The notes beneath the pieces are model-generated. The model saw only the letters and a list, made by a program, of their open reading frames with translations. It was not told the DNA's origin and searched no databases. DNA of 47,800 nt from a virus (Duplodnaviria > Heunggongvirae > Uroviricota > Caudoviricetes). Each line of letters starts with the position of its first letter. Position 1 is the first letter of the stretch. The stretch covers positions 1 through 47,800 of the IMG/VR virus record IMGVR_UViG_2563366820_000002; one strand, given 5' to 3'. Positions 47,411-47,800 of this stretch are shown piece by piece. The position numbers and the translations under genes are program-made.

Positions 47411-47800
47411 ATGGGATTCCCGAGTCCGGCTGCAGACTACGTTGAGCAACGCATATCGCTCGACGAGACGTTAATCAGCAAACCATCGGCAACGTACTTC
47501 ATGCGGTCAGGGAAAACGTACTGGCGAGAAGGCATCATGTACGGTGCTTTGCTCGTCGTTGACAGTTCACTGATGCCGTTTGATGGCTCGTTGCTGATTT
47601 GTTCAGTTGACAATGAGTTCAGAGTGAAGCGATACAAGCGCTCCCCTAAACCACATCTGATTAATCTTGAGACTGGAGCGGTAGAGGTGATACCAAAGCC
47701 GACCAGCCTGTTTGATGATGAGTCGCATTTTTTTGGGGTGATTACGTACATCATCAATGATGCGCGTTCCGGTGAGTTTGATGATTGCTCTGTGATGTAG
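47411..47800 (+). CDS. UmuD'-like protein (pre-truncated UmuD homologue, HumD-like)
   Basis: Begins MGFPSPAADYVEQRI, aligning to UmuD from the Cys24-Gly25 cleavage site onward; GAGGTG RBS; stop at the window end. Confidence 0.8.
   Translation: MGFPSPAADYVEQRISLDETLISKPSATYFMRSGKTYWREGIMYGALLVVDSSLMPFDGSLLICSVDNEFRVKRYKRSPKPHLINLETGAVEVIPKPTSLFDDESHFFGVITYIINDARSGEFDDCSVM

Larger units (their letters stand above)
1331..47800. mobile_element. Lambdoid prophage at the lambda attB site; right end not reached in window
   Basis: attL core followed by int, xis, immunity, replication, nin, Q, lysis and virion genes in prophage order; no second copy of the core seen before 47800. Confidence 0.9.

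Noticed and set aside
47149-47412. Minus-strand 87-aa ORF ending at the UmuD'-like start
   Set aside because: Covers the promoter and SOS box of the UmuD'-like gene; no RBS; likely a chance open frame in AT-rich regulatory DNA
1-47800. Searched for tRNA genes, rRNA fragments, IS elements and CRISPR arrays
   Set aside because: No cloverleaf-compatible segment with conserved tRNA features, no transposase ORF or terminal inverted repeats, and no repeat-spacer array were found by eye; a tRNA scan would be needed for certainty

Overview
This window is almost entirely a lambdoid prophage inserted at the lambda attachment site. The host gene ybhC (1-1284, minus strand) abuts attL (core GCTTTTTTATACTAA at 1331-1345); attR is not reached by 47800. 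Left to right the prophage runs: lambda-type int/xis; a leftward early operon of small accessory genes, SSB plus a Rad52-like annealing protein, kil-like and cIII genes, then N with nutL and pL/OL; an immunity region (membrane protein in the rexAB slot, cI, OR, cro, nutR, cII); replication (O with ori iterons, DnaC-like loader); the nin region, Q, pR'/tR' and S-R-Rz/Rz1. After the lysis genes the architecture stops being lambda-like: an accessory island, then terminase, portal, capsid and a contractile-tail-like module (sheath/tube, frameshifted chaperone, tape measure, baseplate J, tail fibre). The tail module is interrupted by a second repressor/antirepressor island. An acyltransferase and a pre-truncated UmuD'-like gene with an SOS box sit at the right edge. 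Protein identifications rest on my recollection of lambda and enterobacterial sequences and on motifs visible in the translations; no database search was run. Start codons were re-derived by hand where the ORF track began at an alternative codon, and several genes below the 60-aa track cutoff were added. The most interesting candidates for undescribed function are the repressor/antirepressor island in the tail module, the accessory island between lysis and packaging genes, the cI-linked membrane protein, and the SSB with a blocked C-terminal tip.
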